A stretch of DNA of 63,212 nucleotides, the filler included, from Octopus bimaculoides (Eukaryota), in the NCBI RefSeq assembly GCF_001194135.2. It is 9 parts of 8 records of this genome, joined end to end, with 100 filler letters (N's around TTAATTAATTAA, not from the genome) between each part and the next. Parts side by side here need not be neighbours in the genome. Positions count along the whole stretch, not along the records: positions 1 to 31,588 come from NC_068983.1; positions 31,689 to 35,776 come from NW_026374172.1; positions 35,877 to 40,997 come from NC_068983.1; 6 more parts are not named here. The stretch is one strand, 5' to 3'. Each line of letters begins with the position of its first letter. Position 1 is the first letter of the stretch. Made by a program: the position numbers and the translations under genes. Under the pieces are notes generated by a model that saw only the letters and a list, made by a program, of their open reading frames with translations, ran no database searches and was not told the DNA's origin. Of this stretch, positions 25,323 to 36,179 are shown one piece after another.

Positions 25323-25589
25323 TATTTTACTTCTCAGGTTTCAGTCTTACGTACTCTGGTTGAGTCTGTGAGCATGGACAACAACCTGCTGTAAGAGGTC
25401 TCACAAGGTCTCTTTCCATAAATTATAAGATTTAGTACTTGGAAGTATTGTGGAAGATACTCAACACCCAAGCACCAGTCTCAAAATCCTAGCTGTCTCC
25501 AAGAGAACAGTTTTTATGTGGCACAAGTGCTTTTGAAGTGACACCAGCAGAGAAGGGGAGTAATATTGAGGGATGTAGCTTTGTGACCT

Positions 25590-26345
25590 AAAAAAACATG
25601 AACTTTTGAAAAACCCATAAAAAATAGGAAAAAATCCAAATCCAGCAAAAAAAATGTATTAACAGAAATTAAACAACTTGCCTTTTAAAAATCAGTAATC
25701 CAAATTGCTAATGTCTAAAAATTACATCCTGTAGACAGTAACTCTAAAGAACTTCATGAACACCTTTTACACAGCAGCAAGGTGATCAAAATATTGAGAT
25801 GCTGCAATCTTTTGTTGCACCTGCATTGAATAATTTTCCACAACTTCACGTGATGGTGTGACATCGCACACTACAATAGGATGGTGCAACATTGCACACA
25901 GTAGTGTGCAATGTTGCAATCAATGGCAGGTAATCAATGGCAGGTAATCAATGGCAGGTAATCAATGGCAGCTATGCAAGATTTATTTGGATTTGTCCGT
26001 TTGTAATGTTTTCTTGTGGGGATACCTTTAGAGTTGGGTCTACACAGCTTGGCCAAGGACACTGGATGAAGTGAAACAAAAGAATTAAAGATGAAATTTG
26101 TGATACACCAACTGAGATGTTGCACCAAATAACGGGGAACCTCAACGGTGGAGTGGCAGAATGCATACATAGAGGAGGACATCATCTACAGTATGTAATT
26201 TTCAGACATTAATAGTTCAGATTACTGATTCTTAAAAGGCAAGTTGTTTAATTTCTGTCAATTAATTTCTTTTTTTTTGTTTAATTTCGATTTTTCCTAT
26301 TTTTGTTGGGGCTTTCAAGAGTTCCTGTTTTCTGTGTCAATCTGT
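25590..26345 (+). mobile_element. Internally deleted Tc1/Tc3-like DNA transposon with about 150-bp TIRs
   Basis: 25590-25735 is the reverse complement of 26185-26345 (acagaaattaaacaacttgccttttaa.aatcagtaatc). The internal remnant reads DGVTSHT and WGYL*SWVYTAWPRTLDEVKQK. Confidence 0.75.
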
Positions 26346-28215
26346 ATAATATGGGAATAGAAATGTCTGGCTATAGAGGAGATACTTGGCTATCCAGTTG
26401 AAAAAGAGAAAAGAACGATAGATTTAGAGAGACAGGTGATGGTGGAGATGTTTTGGAACATACCCACAAGGTACAGTGGGGGTGAAAACAAGTGGTACAA
26501 AGGATTGGACAGGGTGATTGGGCAGGAGGATAAAGAGAGAGGTTTCATAGGAATGTGGGAAGAGATGATCAGAGATGGGGAGATGCTTAGAAATGGAGCA
26601 AAGATGACTGTAGCAAGTAATGGTGAGATATATGAGTGGTGCAAGTGGTATTATGTTAGATATGTGAGGGTATTGAGAGTGATTGTGTGCAGGTAAGCAA
26701 GTGAGAGAGAGCAGAGTGACAATGCATTGGGTAATGATCATGAGAAGGAAGGTGGGTCACAAGGGACTTTTAATGGGGTGGGGGAAACTTCTGTTTAAAA
26801 TCGTATGGTATTTATTGGATTTGAAGAAATGTTTATGCAAAACATGGAAAAATGCCTGAGCAATTTTGGATGATACATGGAAGGCTTTAGTATTCGATAA
26901 TAAATGGTACCACACTATAAATGCCATCTATCGATGCACCTAAGTGCAGCATTCATAATCAAGAGTGGACACTTCCTTAGCACCAAATACAAAAGAGAGG
27001 CAACTCCAATCTTATCATAGTAACCCTTTTGTCTGCGGTGAGAATACTTCCCCATGATTAACTGCCTTCTTATGGATTCAAATGTCTCTCAGTCACTGCC
27101 TAACACTTCTAATCAGAAATACACACTCACACACAAAGTGGATGAAAATGCACAATAACATTAAAACAATTGTTCTAACCTTTTTAATATTACATTTAGG
27201 TATGTTAAAATTTTTTACATTTCATTCCAAACAGTTTACATTCATCAAGAGCTCATCAACGGAAAATGAGAAAAATAGCTGCTATGGTAGTGGAACTAGA
27301 GAGAGAGGAGAAATTGTTACAGATGGATGATGTATGAGTGTATCAAGTTTCAAGACAAAGAGTCTTCAATAATGAATTTAAATAGAAGGTAATGATCTTT
27401 AAAATATTAGCAACAGAGGCTGTATTATTACCGAAAGGTAATATTTATCCACACTTAAACATGGATCTTCTTTTAGAACAAACCATATACTGCAGTAGAT
27501 ACCATGAGAGAAACTTCCATATTGGTTTTTGGTGCAAAATGCACTCCTGTTTATATCACTAGCAGGGAGATAAATCCCTGCCATCTCTAGTGCTGTCAAT
27601 AAGGAGTGTTAAGTCAGGAACTTGTGTGACAAGTTAAGGTTTTTAAATAAGCTGACCAAGGGAGATTAGAAAGCAAATAGATGGGTAAAGGTATCATGTT
27701 AAAAGATAAGGAATGGAGGTGTCATGTTAAAAGATAAGGAATGGTTAGTTGAACTTTGATTCTTGAGAGGTCATATTTAAGTGCTTAATGTGGCCGTCTA
27801 GCACAAGACAGATAGATAGATATATACACACACGACAACAGAAGTTGCACATACCTCTCCCCTTTGTACTCTCTTTCTCCCTGGAGCCACTTCCTTTAGC
27901 ATCCATCCTCATTCACAATATCATACCTTCCCACTGATCTACTCTCCTTTCTGTGCCTCTAGTTATTGCTTCCTCTCCTCTGAGCTACATCTCAGGACTG
28001 CCACACATTCAATGAGTATAAAGCAAAATTTTAACATCGAAGAATTGTGCAAATTACTAGATTATCTATCAGTTGAACTCAATGCACATAAGACATGCTT
28101 ATCAGAATGAAATACTGAAGAAAACTAGGAAATGAAATAAACTCGCATGCATACGTAAATGCACAGAAACACATAATAATTCACAATACAAATTAATCAA
28201 AATTCCTAAACTCAC

Positions 28216-28368
28216 AACTAATTTTTCAAATTTCTCATTCAATTCATTTTCATCAGTTGGCATTGGTATATCCAGTGTCATTGGTTTGAGTGTATGGCCA
28301 AATTCAATTGTAATCTCAGGAGGTCGACTGCCACCAAAACACCAACAAAAACCTTGTTTCCCCGTCAT
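28216..28368 (-). CDS. DAAM: DAAM-family formin, first recognisable coding exon (exon spans 28216-28391 including 23 nt before the ATG)
   Basis: Translates MTGKQGFCWCFGGSRPPEITIEFGHTLKPMTLDIPMPTDENELNEKFEKLV (51 codons), resembling the DAAM1/2 N-terminus (FCCF..PEIT..PMP..EEL...F.ELV). Acceptor tcttttcAG at 28393-28392; phase-0 donor GTGAGT at 28215. Confidence 0.9.
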
Positions 28369-29257
28369 ATTCACTTCAGTTTTCAAAAGTTCTGAAAAGA
28401 ATGAAATATAAATTAGCTTTTACGAAAAATATGCTTGTTTTATTTCTTCAATAGAGATCTTATTTTGCAAAAAGATTAGATAACATTTTTAGTCTGTTCG
28501 TTGTCGAAGTATTACTGCTTCATATTTCATTGTGCATAATAGTTTACTAGGTTGAGCCAATCCCGGTAAGAAGCTGACAGTCTGGCTATTGATATAGTCT
28601 AGCTCACTATCTCTGCATTAAAAAGAGACATATGAGCCAATGATAAGCTACATTCTTAACACAATCTCAAAATTAACAACAGTGCTTTGTAACTGGGGTC
28701 CATTAAGATTTTGCCATTAAAATTTATGTGCAATAAATTGGTTATATTTCAACAATGCACAAAATATTTTAACAATCTTTTTAATACAATTCCTATTAAT
28801 ATTTAATTATAAAAATATGATAAGATTTTTAAAATATCAACTGGGGGTCTATAGGGAAATGGTTGAGAACTATGGATTTACAGTGAGAGAATTAAATCTT
28901 AAGACCATATACCCACAAAATAGGAACAGTGACATAGTGCAAAGGGTGCAGATTGCGCAGGGTGGGCACTTTCTTTGTGTGTATGGGGAAGGGAACATAT
29001 GTTGTAGGTGTGTTACGTTTAAAGACGGGGGAGACTAATTTGGTTACTACACAAGGTAACTAAAATATGACAGTGAAAGATATTGTTTAATCAACTACAT
29101 CTATGCAGCACTAAACTTAAGCTAAGAACAAAAGTAACATTGAAAAAAACAACTAAACAATTGAAATACAAGTACAATGTAAAAAAATACAGATGAAATA
29201 TGGGTTATTATTTAGTCTATATTTTTCATATTGCCCTTATATCTCAATAGTTAAGTT

Positions 29258-29830
29258 GTATGTCACATATCTGGGAAGCAGAATGACAAGCAATGGCGAT
29301 GCAGAGACAAATGTAAACTGTAGAATTGGCAAGGCAGCGGCAGTATTTAAAAGACTGACAATGCTTTGGTATAGCAATAACAAATATAGAGCTGAAGATT
29401 CATCTGTACAAAACAGCAACACTGCCAATAGCAATCTATGCAACTGAGACCTGGAAGACGACAGCAAAAATCACCCATCAACTTGACGTATTTCATCAGC
29501 AGTGCCTCAGAAGGATCCTAAGAATCACTTATCAAGACAGAGTGACAAATGAAACCATTCTCCAAGCAGCAAGAATAAGGCCCCTACATGCAATTGTAAC
29601 CGAACGACAAATGAGAATGGCTGGACACATACTAAGACTGCAAGAGGAGAGGCTTGCCAAAACAGCCATGGGCTGGATGCTGTGGGAAGCTAAGAGAAAA
29701 AGAGGCCAGTCAAGGAAGACATGGCATAGTACCTTCAAAGAAGACCTACGCAGACTGAACATCATCTGGGATGAAGTATACCGGTTGGCCAGAGACAGAG
29801 ATAATTGGCAATCACCGACTGCTTGATGTG
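29258..29830 (+). mobile_element. RTE/BovB-like LINE ORF2 C-terminal fragment
   Basis: YLGSRMTSNGDAETNVNCRIGKAAAVFKRL..FHQQCLRRILRITYQDRVTNE..RMAGHILRL..KRKRGQSRKTW. Confidence 0.88.
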
Positions 29831-30077
29831 GTGCTCCAATGGACCCAAGAGAGAGGTCATTGTTTTAGTGTTTCACAGTTTTAACTATTCAAACAATGTG
29901 TTCAATTTGCTTTACAAACCATTTCTTTGTGGATATGTGGTCTTGAGATTTAATTCTCTCACTGTAAATATCATAGGTAGTTTGTTGATGCATAGAAAAG
30001 GCTCGTTTGTTCATCCAGCAAGTCATAATCAATTACTAACACTAAAAGTGTTGTTTTCATCATTATTATTATTATTA

Positions 30078-30812
30078 TAAATAGGTGACAGTTGAGCACT
30101 GGGTTTGGAGTAATTGACTTACACCCTCCCCCAAACTTGTTAGCCTTGTGCCAAAATTTGAAACCAATATTTAAGGTGACAAGCTGACAGAATCATTATC
30201 ATGCCAGGCAAAATTAGCAGTATTTCATTCATCTTTACATTCTAAGCTCAAATTCCACTAAGGTGGACTTTGCCTTTCATCCTTTTGGGGGTCAATAGAG
30301 TGAGTACCTGTTGAGCACTGGGGTCAATGTATTTGACTTATCCCCTCCCCCAAAATTGCTGACCATGTGCCAAAATTTGAAATCATTACAATTCTACTAT
30401 TTCTCTCCAATCTTTACATTCTGTGTTCAAACCATGCTGAGGATAACTTTGCTTTTCATTCTTTTGAGGGTCAATAAAATAAAGTACCAATCAAGTATAG
30501 GTGTCAATGTAATCAACTAACCCCCATTCCTTCTAAAATTGCTGATCTTGGGATAAAATTAGGAATTATCATTATTATTAAGTCAGTAAGCTGACAGAAA
30601 TGTTAGCAGATAGGACAAAATGCTTAGTGACACTTTATATGAGTCTTTACATTTGGAGTTCAAATTCTATCAAGGTTGACTTCACCTTTCATCCTTTTGG
30701 GGTCAAAAAATAGGTACCAGTTGAACACTGAAGTCAATGTACTTGACTTACCTACTTCTATAAAATTACTGGCCTTGTGCCAAAATTTGAAACCACTATC
30801 ATCATCATCATC
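30078..30812 (+). mobile_element. Chain of four head-to-tail SINE units (same family as 24863-25322)
   Basis: Repeated gcctttcatcctt../gtacc.gttgagcactg/ccttgtgccaaaatttgaaacc modules, ending near 30170, 30390, 30575 and 30800. Confidence 0.75.
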
Positions 30813-31266
30813 TTGACTCAGAATCAGTTTTATTTTTGTAGAGTTGATGTAGGTATCCACATGATTTCAATAAGCCACCAAGTGCTCAAAACCCTTCTGA
30901 TGATCTCTCCTGTTCCTAAGAGGCAAGCTTTCTGTAGAAGCTCTTATGGGAAACTATTCCAATACCCTATATCCAATTGTCTATTTCATTACTCACAAGT
31001 ATAATCTTTACAGATTTCATGTTCCAAATCCTTGCAATCTCAAATTTTAAGGGTTCTATCTTTTCAACTTTTCATCTGCTTGCTTCACAATCCTAATATT
31101 AAATGGACACGATGGATCAATCAGTAAGTAAATTCAATATTCCTTGTCTATTAATATCTGGTTTGTTATATTCTATTTTCTTATCTATGTGAATGGGAAA
31201 ATCCCACAAAATCTTGCTTGTTTCTGACAACTCCATTTTGGATAAAACTTCCAGTGTAAACTTTTA

Positions 31267-31588
31267 AGCAGATAAGGAAAGATTTGCCAATGTTCTGCGC
31301 CGTGAGGACCAAAGACTAGAGGTATTTCGTGTTGCAAGACAGTGTAGGAGAGAGAATAGTGATGTTGTAGGAGAGAAATGTGTTCGCATGGATGATGGTA
31401 TGCTTGCATTAAATGAGGATGCAAAGAAAGAGGTCTGGAGATGCCACTAGGATAGATTGCTTAATAAAGAGAATGAATGGGAGAAAGAGAGCCTGCCGTA
31501 TGTCGACCCAATAGAGGGACCAGCTATCCGAGTTGATAGTACCAGGGTAGATAAAGCAATTAAGAGTATGAAGACCGGGAAAGCCCCC
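31267..31588 (+). mobile_element. RTE LINE fragment homologous to 430-750
   Basis: Shares gatttgccaatgttctgcg..gagaatgaatgggagaa..gataaagcaattaag..gaaagccccc; truncated by a gap. Confidence 0.85.
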
Positions 31589-31688
31589 NNNNNNNNNNNN
31601 NNNNNNNNNNNNNNNNNNNNNNNNNNNNNNNNTTAATTAATTAANNNNNNNNNNNNNNNNNNNNNNNNNNNNNNNNNNNNNNNNNNNN
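31589..31688. other. Assembly gap placeholder: 44 N + TTAATTAATTAA + 44 N (also at 35821, 41042, 47852, 51307, 58046, 60118, 61642)
   Basis: The same 12-mer sits inside about 100-bp N runs eight times; it is a synthetic spacer with stop codons in all frames. Confidence 0.95.
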
Positions 31689-31690
31689 AT

Positions 31691-32519
31691 ATGTATATCT
31701 CTCTATATATATATCTATGTATATATAAACAACCTCACTTTGTTGTTAAGGACCACAAAAGAAATTTTTGGTCCAACCCTTCTCTACGCATTATTTGTCC
31801 CTCTAGATCGGACATAGGCATTCTTAGCAAAAACATTCTGGACAAATACATACCCACAAAAGTAAATAAGTTAAAACTAAGACTTTGGTCAAATTCTTCT
31901 CAAGCAATAGAATGGTTTAATTCAATTAAAGACAAGAGTAATACCAAATTCATACAATTCGACATCTCTAGTTTCTACTCATCTATTAACCCCATTATCT
32001 TTAACAAGGCACTTTGGTTCACTCATAATAAGGCAGGTCTTTCTAGGGACGTAATTTATGTGATATTAGTGGCTCGTAAATCATTTTCAAAAATTTAACA
32101 ATAAGCTATGGATTCGTAAGGATACTCTGGAGGCTTTTGACGTTCCTATGGGAAGTTCGGATTCAGCTCAAATAGCTGATGTAGTTTGTTCGTATATATT
32201 ATATGAAATTGCAGACCAGTTCCCAAACATTAATAGAGGTCTATACAGAGATGATTGTCTGCTATACCTCCATAATGTCACTACCCAGCGCAATCAAAAG
32301 GTTAAAAATAGATTAGCTAGATTCTTCCGGAGAATGGGTTTTGGCATCGTTTTTGAGGATGAGGTCTCTGTAGCCAACTTTCTAGACATAACTTTAGACT
32401 TACATAGTAACACACACTTTCCTTTCCATAAACAATCAACTAATCTCAGGTACATAAGCCCTTTTAGTAACCATCCTAAGTCTATCACCAGTAATTTGGT
32501 TAAGAGTAAATTGACATAA
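31691..32519 (+). mobile_element. Penelope-like element RT fragment, family A
   Basis: KDHKRNFWSNPSLRIICPSRSDIG, FIQFDISSFYSSI, PMGSSDSAQIAD, GLYRDDCL, NFLDITLDL, SNHPKSI. Confidence 0.9.
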
Positions 32520-33193
32520 TACAATGTCTTCAAGTTGATGAGTACCACATAATCCCCTCTATTTTCTTATTGCTATATAAATTAAGGGTAAAATTTCCTT
32601 TTACCTACACCCATCTATTGCACTCGGTAAAAACACTAGTGTAATAGTAATTGGGTATCCTTCCGGCAGTATATTGGATAGATATTATCCCTTAGTGGGT
32701 TGGATTCACAACCCCTAACTTTCTTGGATTATACTTATATACATATATATACACACACATATATATATATATATATGGATATGTATATANNNNNNNNNNN
32801 NNNNNNNNNNNNNNNNNNNNNNNNNNNNNNNNNNNNNNNNNNNNNNNNNNNNNNNNNNNNNNNNNNNNNNNNNNNNNNNNNNNNNNNNNNNNNNNNNNNN
32901 NNNNNNNNNNNNNNNNNNNNNNNNNNNNNNNNNNNNNNNNNNNNNNNNNNNNNNNNNNNNNNNNNNNNNNNNNNNNNNNNNNNNNNNNNNNNNNNNNNNN
33001 NNNNNNNNNNNNNNNNNNNNNNNNNNNNNNNNNNNNNNNNNNNNNNNNNNNNNNNNNNNNNNNNNNNNNNNNNNNNNNNNNNNNNNNNNNNNNNNNNNNN
33101 NNNNNNNNNNNNNNNNNNNNNNNNNNNNNNNNNNNNNNNNNNNNNNNNNNNNNNNNNNCCATATTCCATTTAAATTTTCCAAAATTTGTTATC

Positions 33194-33243
33194 CATATTT
33201 ACAGTTGAAAAGATCTCAAGAATCGAAACTGGTACTGAAATGT
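33194..33243 (+). ncRNA. Minimal type I hammerhead ribozyme motif (U3-A8 variant), copy 1
   Basis: catatttacag-UUGAAAA-gat(ctcaaga)atc-GAAA-c-ug-g-UA-ctgaaatgt. Stem I cag/ctg plus tattt/aaatg; G10.1-C11.1 present; cleavage triplet GUA at 33232-33234. Confidence 0.7.
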
Positions 33244-33367
33244 ATTTTTAGAAAAGTATTTTAGCATTTTCTACCTTGTCTTTTTTCCACATATATATAG
33301 ATATATATTTATATATATATGTGGAAAAAAGACAAGGTAGAAAATGCTAAAATACTTTTCTAAAAAT

Positions 33368-33417
33368 ACATTTCAGTACCAGTTTCGATTCTTGAGATCT
33401 TTTCAACTGTAAATATG
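33368..33417 (-). ncRNA. Minimal hammerhead motif, copy 2 (exact inverse of copy 1; sense to DAAM)
   Basis: Exact reverse complement of 33194-33243; predicted cut between 33377 and 33376. Confidence 0.68.
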
Positions 33418-34988
33418 GATAACAAATTTTGGAAAATTTAAATGGAATATGGAATAAAGCCATCAACAACTTCCCTTCCTTGACATCCTTATTAAGAAAT
33501 CTAACAACATAATAGAAACAGATATATACTATAAACCCACAGACTCAAAGCAATATCTACCGTTCAACTCATGCCACCCTAGACACACCAGAATGAACAT
33601 CCCCTTCAACCTAGCAAAAAGGATATGTACTATAGTTTCTAATGCAAGCACCAGGGACACTCGACTACATGAACTAAAGGATACTCTCACCACCAGGAAC
33701 TACCCATCTACACTAATTGACATGCTTTCAATGAGCCCTTCAACTCAGCATCCACAAACTCAGACATCCCAAATTAAAGAAGGATTTATAACCAAAAGCC
33801 CTACCATACATTTCCACATACAACCCTCTTAACAACGAAGCCTTCGACACCATCCTTCAAAATATTCCCCTGCTAAAAAAGGACCACTGAATGAACTTAA
33901 TCCTCCAAACACACACCATTATAAAAAGCAAGAGACAGCCCAAATCTATGAAAAGTCTCCTAACACAAGCTCGAATACACTCAACAACAACACTGAAGCC
34001 GTTAGTAAAAAAATGCGGTACACCCAACTGCGAGATATGCGTCAATTTAATTTAGGGATCAGAATTCTCCTTCAAACAGGGACAAAATTTCAGTGAAAAG
34101 TAACTTCACATGTACTTCAGAGAACTTGATATATGCACTAACCTGTTCTGGGTGTCAAGAGCAGTACATAGGCCAAACAAAAAACAGTCTGCGTCAACGG
34201 ATGGCTCTGCACAAATCCCAGATCAAAATTCCAAAAAACAGAAAAATAGCATTCAGCCAACACATCGATATTTGCGCCAATAACAAAAATCCAAGTTTCA
34301 GAATTTTTCCCCTATATCCATTCAGAGACGATACAACCTACAGCCAAAGAATTAGTAAAGAGTCTCTCTTTATCACAAAATACAGACCCCTTCTGAACGC
34401 ATCTACAACAAATGACATATCCACCACAACCTTAGAATAACACACATGCAAATATTAAAAACAATAAACTCCAAAGAGATACTCAAGGAATTATAAAAAA
34501 GTAAAAAAATATAAAAGAACAACCCCATTCACTGCTCATTCCACTAGTTACTATCACACTATCCTGCATTCCATTATTACTATTTCACTTCTTCTCCATT
34601 GCCTTCTACATCTTCTTCTTCCTTTCCACCACCTCCTCCCTACTGCTGTTTAGAATAACACCTATGCAAACGTTATAAATACATTCAAAAGGGATTTCTC
34701 AAGAATTCAAATCACCACTCCCATCAACAACAGGTCATTTTCAGGACACTTCACTTAACCAATTAACACTCTGCTACTATCATAGCAACCTCCCCCCCCC
34801 ACTTCTTCTTCTTATTATTATTATCCAAGAATTCACAACAACTTCCAATCCACAAGAGTTAACAAGAGAAACAGAGACAAAGAGAAACAGAGACAGACAG
34901 AAACAAGGAAAATGTCCCTGTTATTTGAATACTATACAAATATGTTTTTAAAAAGACTTTTTGTTTGAATTTGCCAAAATTTGTTATC

Positions 34989-35038
34989 CATATTTACAAT
35001 TGAAAAGATCTCAAGGATCGAAACTGGTACTGAAATGT
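34989..35038 (+). ncRNA. Minimal hammerhead motif, copy 3 (3' pLTR)
   Basis: UUGAAAA-gatct(caa)ggatc-GAAA-cugg-UA-ctgaaatg. Stem II pairs fully; the first stem I pair is disrupted (A at 34999). Confidence 0.62.
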
Positions 35039-35239
35039 TTTTTATAAAAGTATTTTAGCATTTTCTACCTTGTCTTTTTTCCATATATATATCTACTCAT
35101 GTGTTCCTCTTCAACCTTTTACATATCTATATATATATTTACATATATATATATATAAATATATATATCTATACATACATATCAATGCATACATATCTAA
35201 ATAGATATATCTGTGTGTATATGTATATATATGTATATA

Positions 35240-35776
35240 TATACATATATCGACATGAGTGATGATACCTCTTTCCAAGTGCACATTACCAAGATGGCGA
35301 CAAAGTGCAGACGACTGGCTGGATGGATCCTGAGAACATTCAGAATCAGAGATAANNNNNNNNNNTCCTGAGAACATTCAGAATCAGAGATAAGGAAACC
35401 ATGATGGTCCTCTGGAGGACATTCGTCCTCAGCCGCCTGGATTACTGCTCACAGCTATGGTCACCCACCAGTGGGAATTTAACAGCGGACCTTGAAGCAA
35501 TCCAGAGAAGATTCACAAAGAAGATTGTCTCTTTGCAACTGCTCAGCTCCTGGCAAAGGCTGAAACAGCTAAGACTCTACTCCCTGGAGAGAAGGCGGGA
35601 GAGGTATGCAGTGATATACATCTGGAAGATCCTGAAAGGAATTGTGCCAAATTTTGGCATTGAAAGCTACACCAATGCCAGAACGGGACGACACTGCATA
35701 GTGCCAAAGATCCAGGCAATGCCATTGCACTTCAGGACCAGTTACTGCAACAGCTTGGGTTTCAGGGGCCCACAGC
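35240..35776 (+). mobile_element. CR1-clade LINE ORF2 C-terminal fragment
   Basis: LWRTFVLSRLDYCSQLWSP..LEAIQRRFTKKI..RLKQLRLYSLERRRERYAVIYIWKIL. Confidence 0.9.
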
Positions 35777-36179
35777 NNNNNNNNNNNNNNNNNNNNNNNN
35801 NNNNNNNNNNNNNNNNNNNNTTAATTAATTAANNNNNNNNNNNNNNNNNNNNNNNNNNNNNNNNNNNNNNNNNNNNGTATATTCAGAATTTTACATTTAT
35901 AAAGACATTATTTGTTTTATTCACCATCACCACTGCCTCTGGTATGTCACTTCACCACCACTAAAACTACCACTACTGCTAATGCTTATTCACATAAAGC
36001 CTGAAAAAAGAAATACGATGATTCTGGTCACTAGAATCATATCCTCTCAAGAAAAACGCTAAGGAGCCGAAAGCGTAGTTGTTATAACAGGAATGAAAAT
36101 CAAATCACAGAATTTCTTCTCCTTCCATTTTTACTACAAACGAACAATACAGCAGCAGCAACAACAGCAACAAAGTGTG

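Larger units (their letters stand above)
33312..35095 (+). mobile_element. Penelope-like element, family B: 5'-truncated RT thumb, GIY-YIG endonuclease, 3' UTR and pseudo-LTR, with an inverted pLTR at its 5' end
   Basis: QLPFLDILI..ETDIYYKPTDSKQYLPFNSCHP (from about 33467). ORF 34093-34440 NFTCTSENLIYALTCSGCQEQYIGQTKNSLRQRMALH is GIY-YIG-like with Cys/His. 34974-35090 is repeated at 33179-33290 and inverted at 33321-33432. Confidence 0.9.

Noticed and set aside
31633-31644. TTAATTAATTAA recurring eight times (looked like a regularly spaced motif)
   Set aside because: Always centred in 100-bp N gaps; it is an assembly spacer and explains ORFs ending in LIN.
32660-32705. Minus-strand GGATA-atatc-TATCC hairpin after PLE-A as a hammerhead relic
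   Set aside because: Both catalytic boxes are missing; only a 5-bp stem remains.
35328-35393. 28-bp direct repeat flanking a 10-N gap
   Set aside because: Unmerged contig overlap; the CR1 frame is continuous when one copy is removed.
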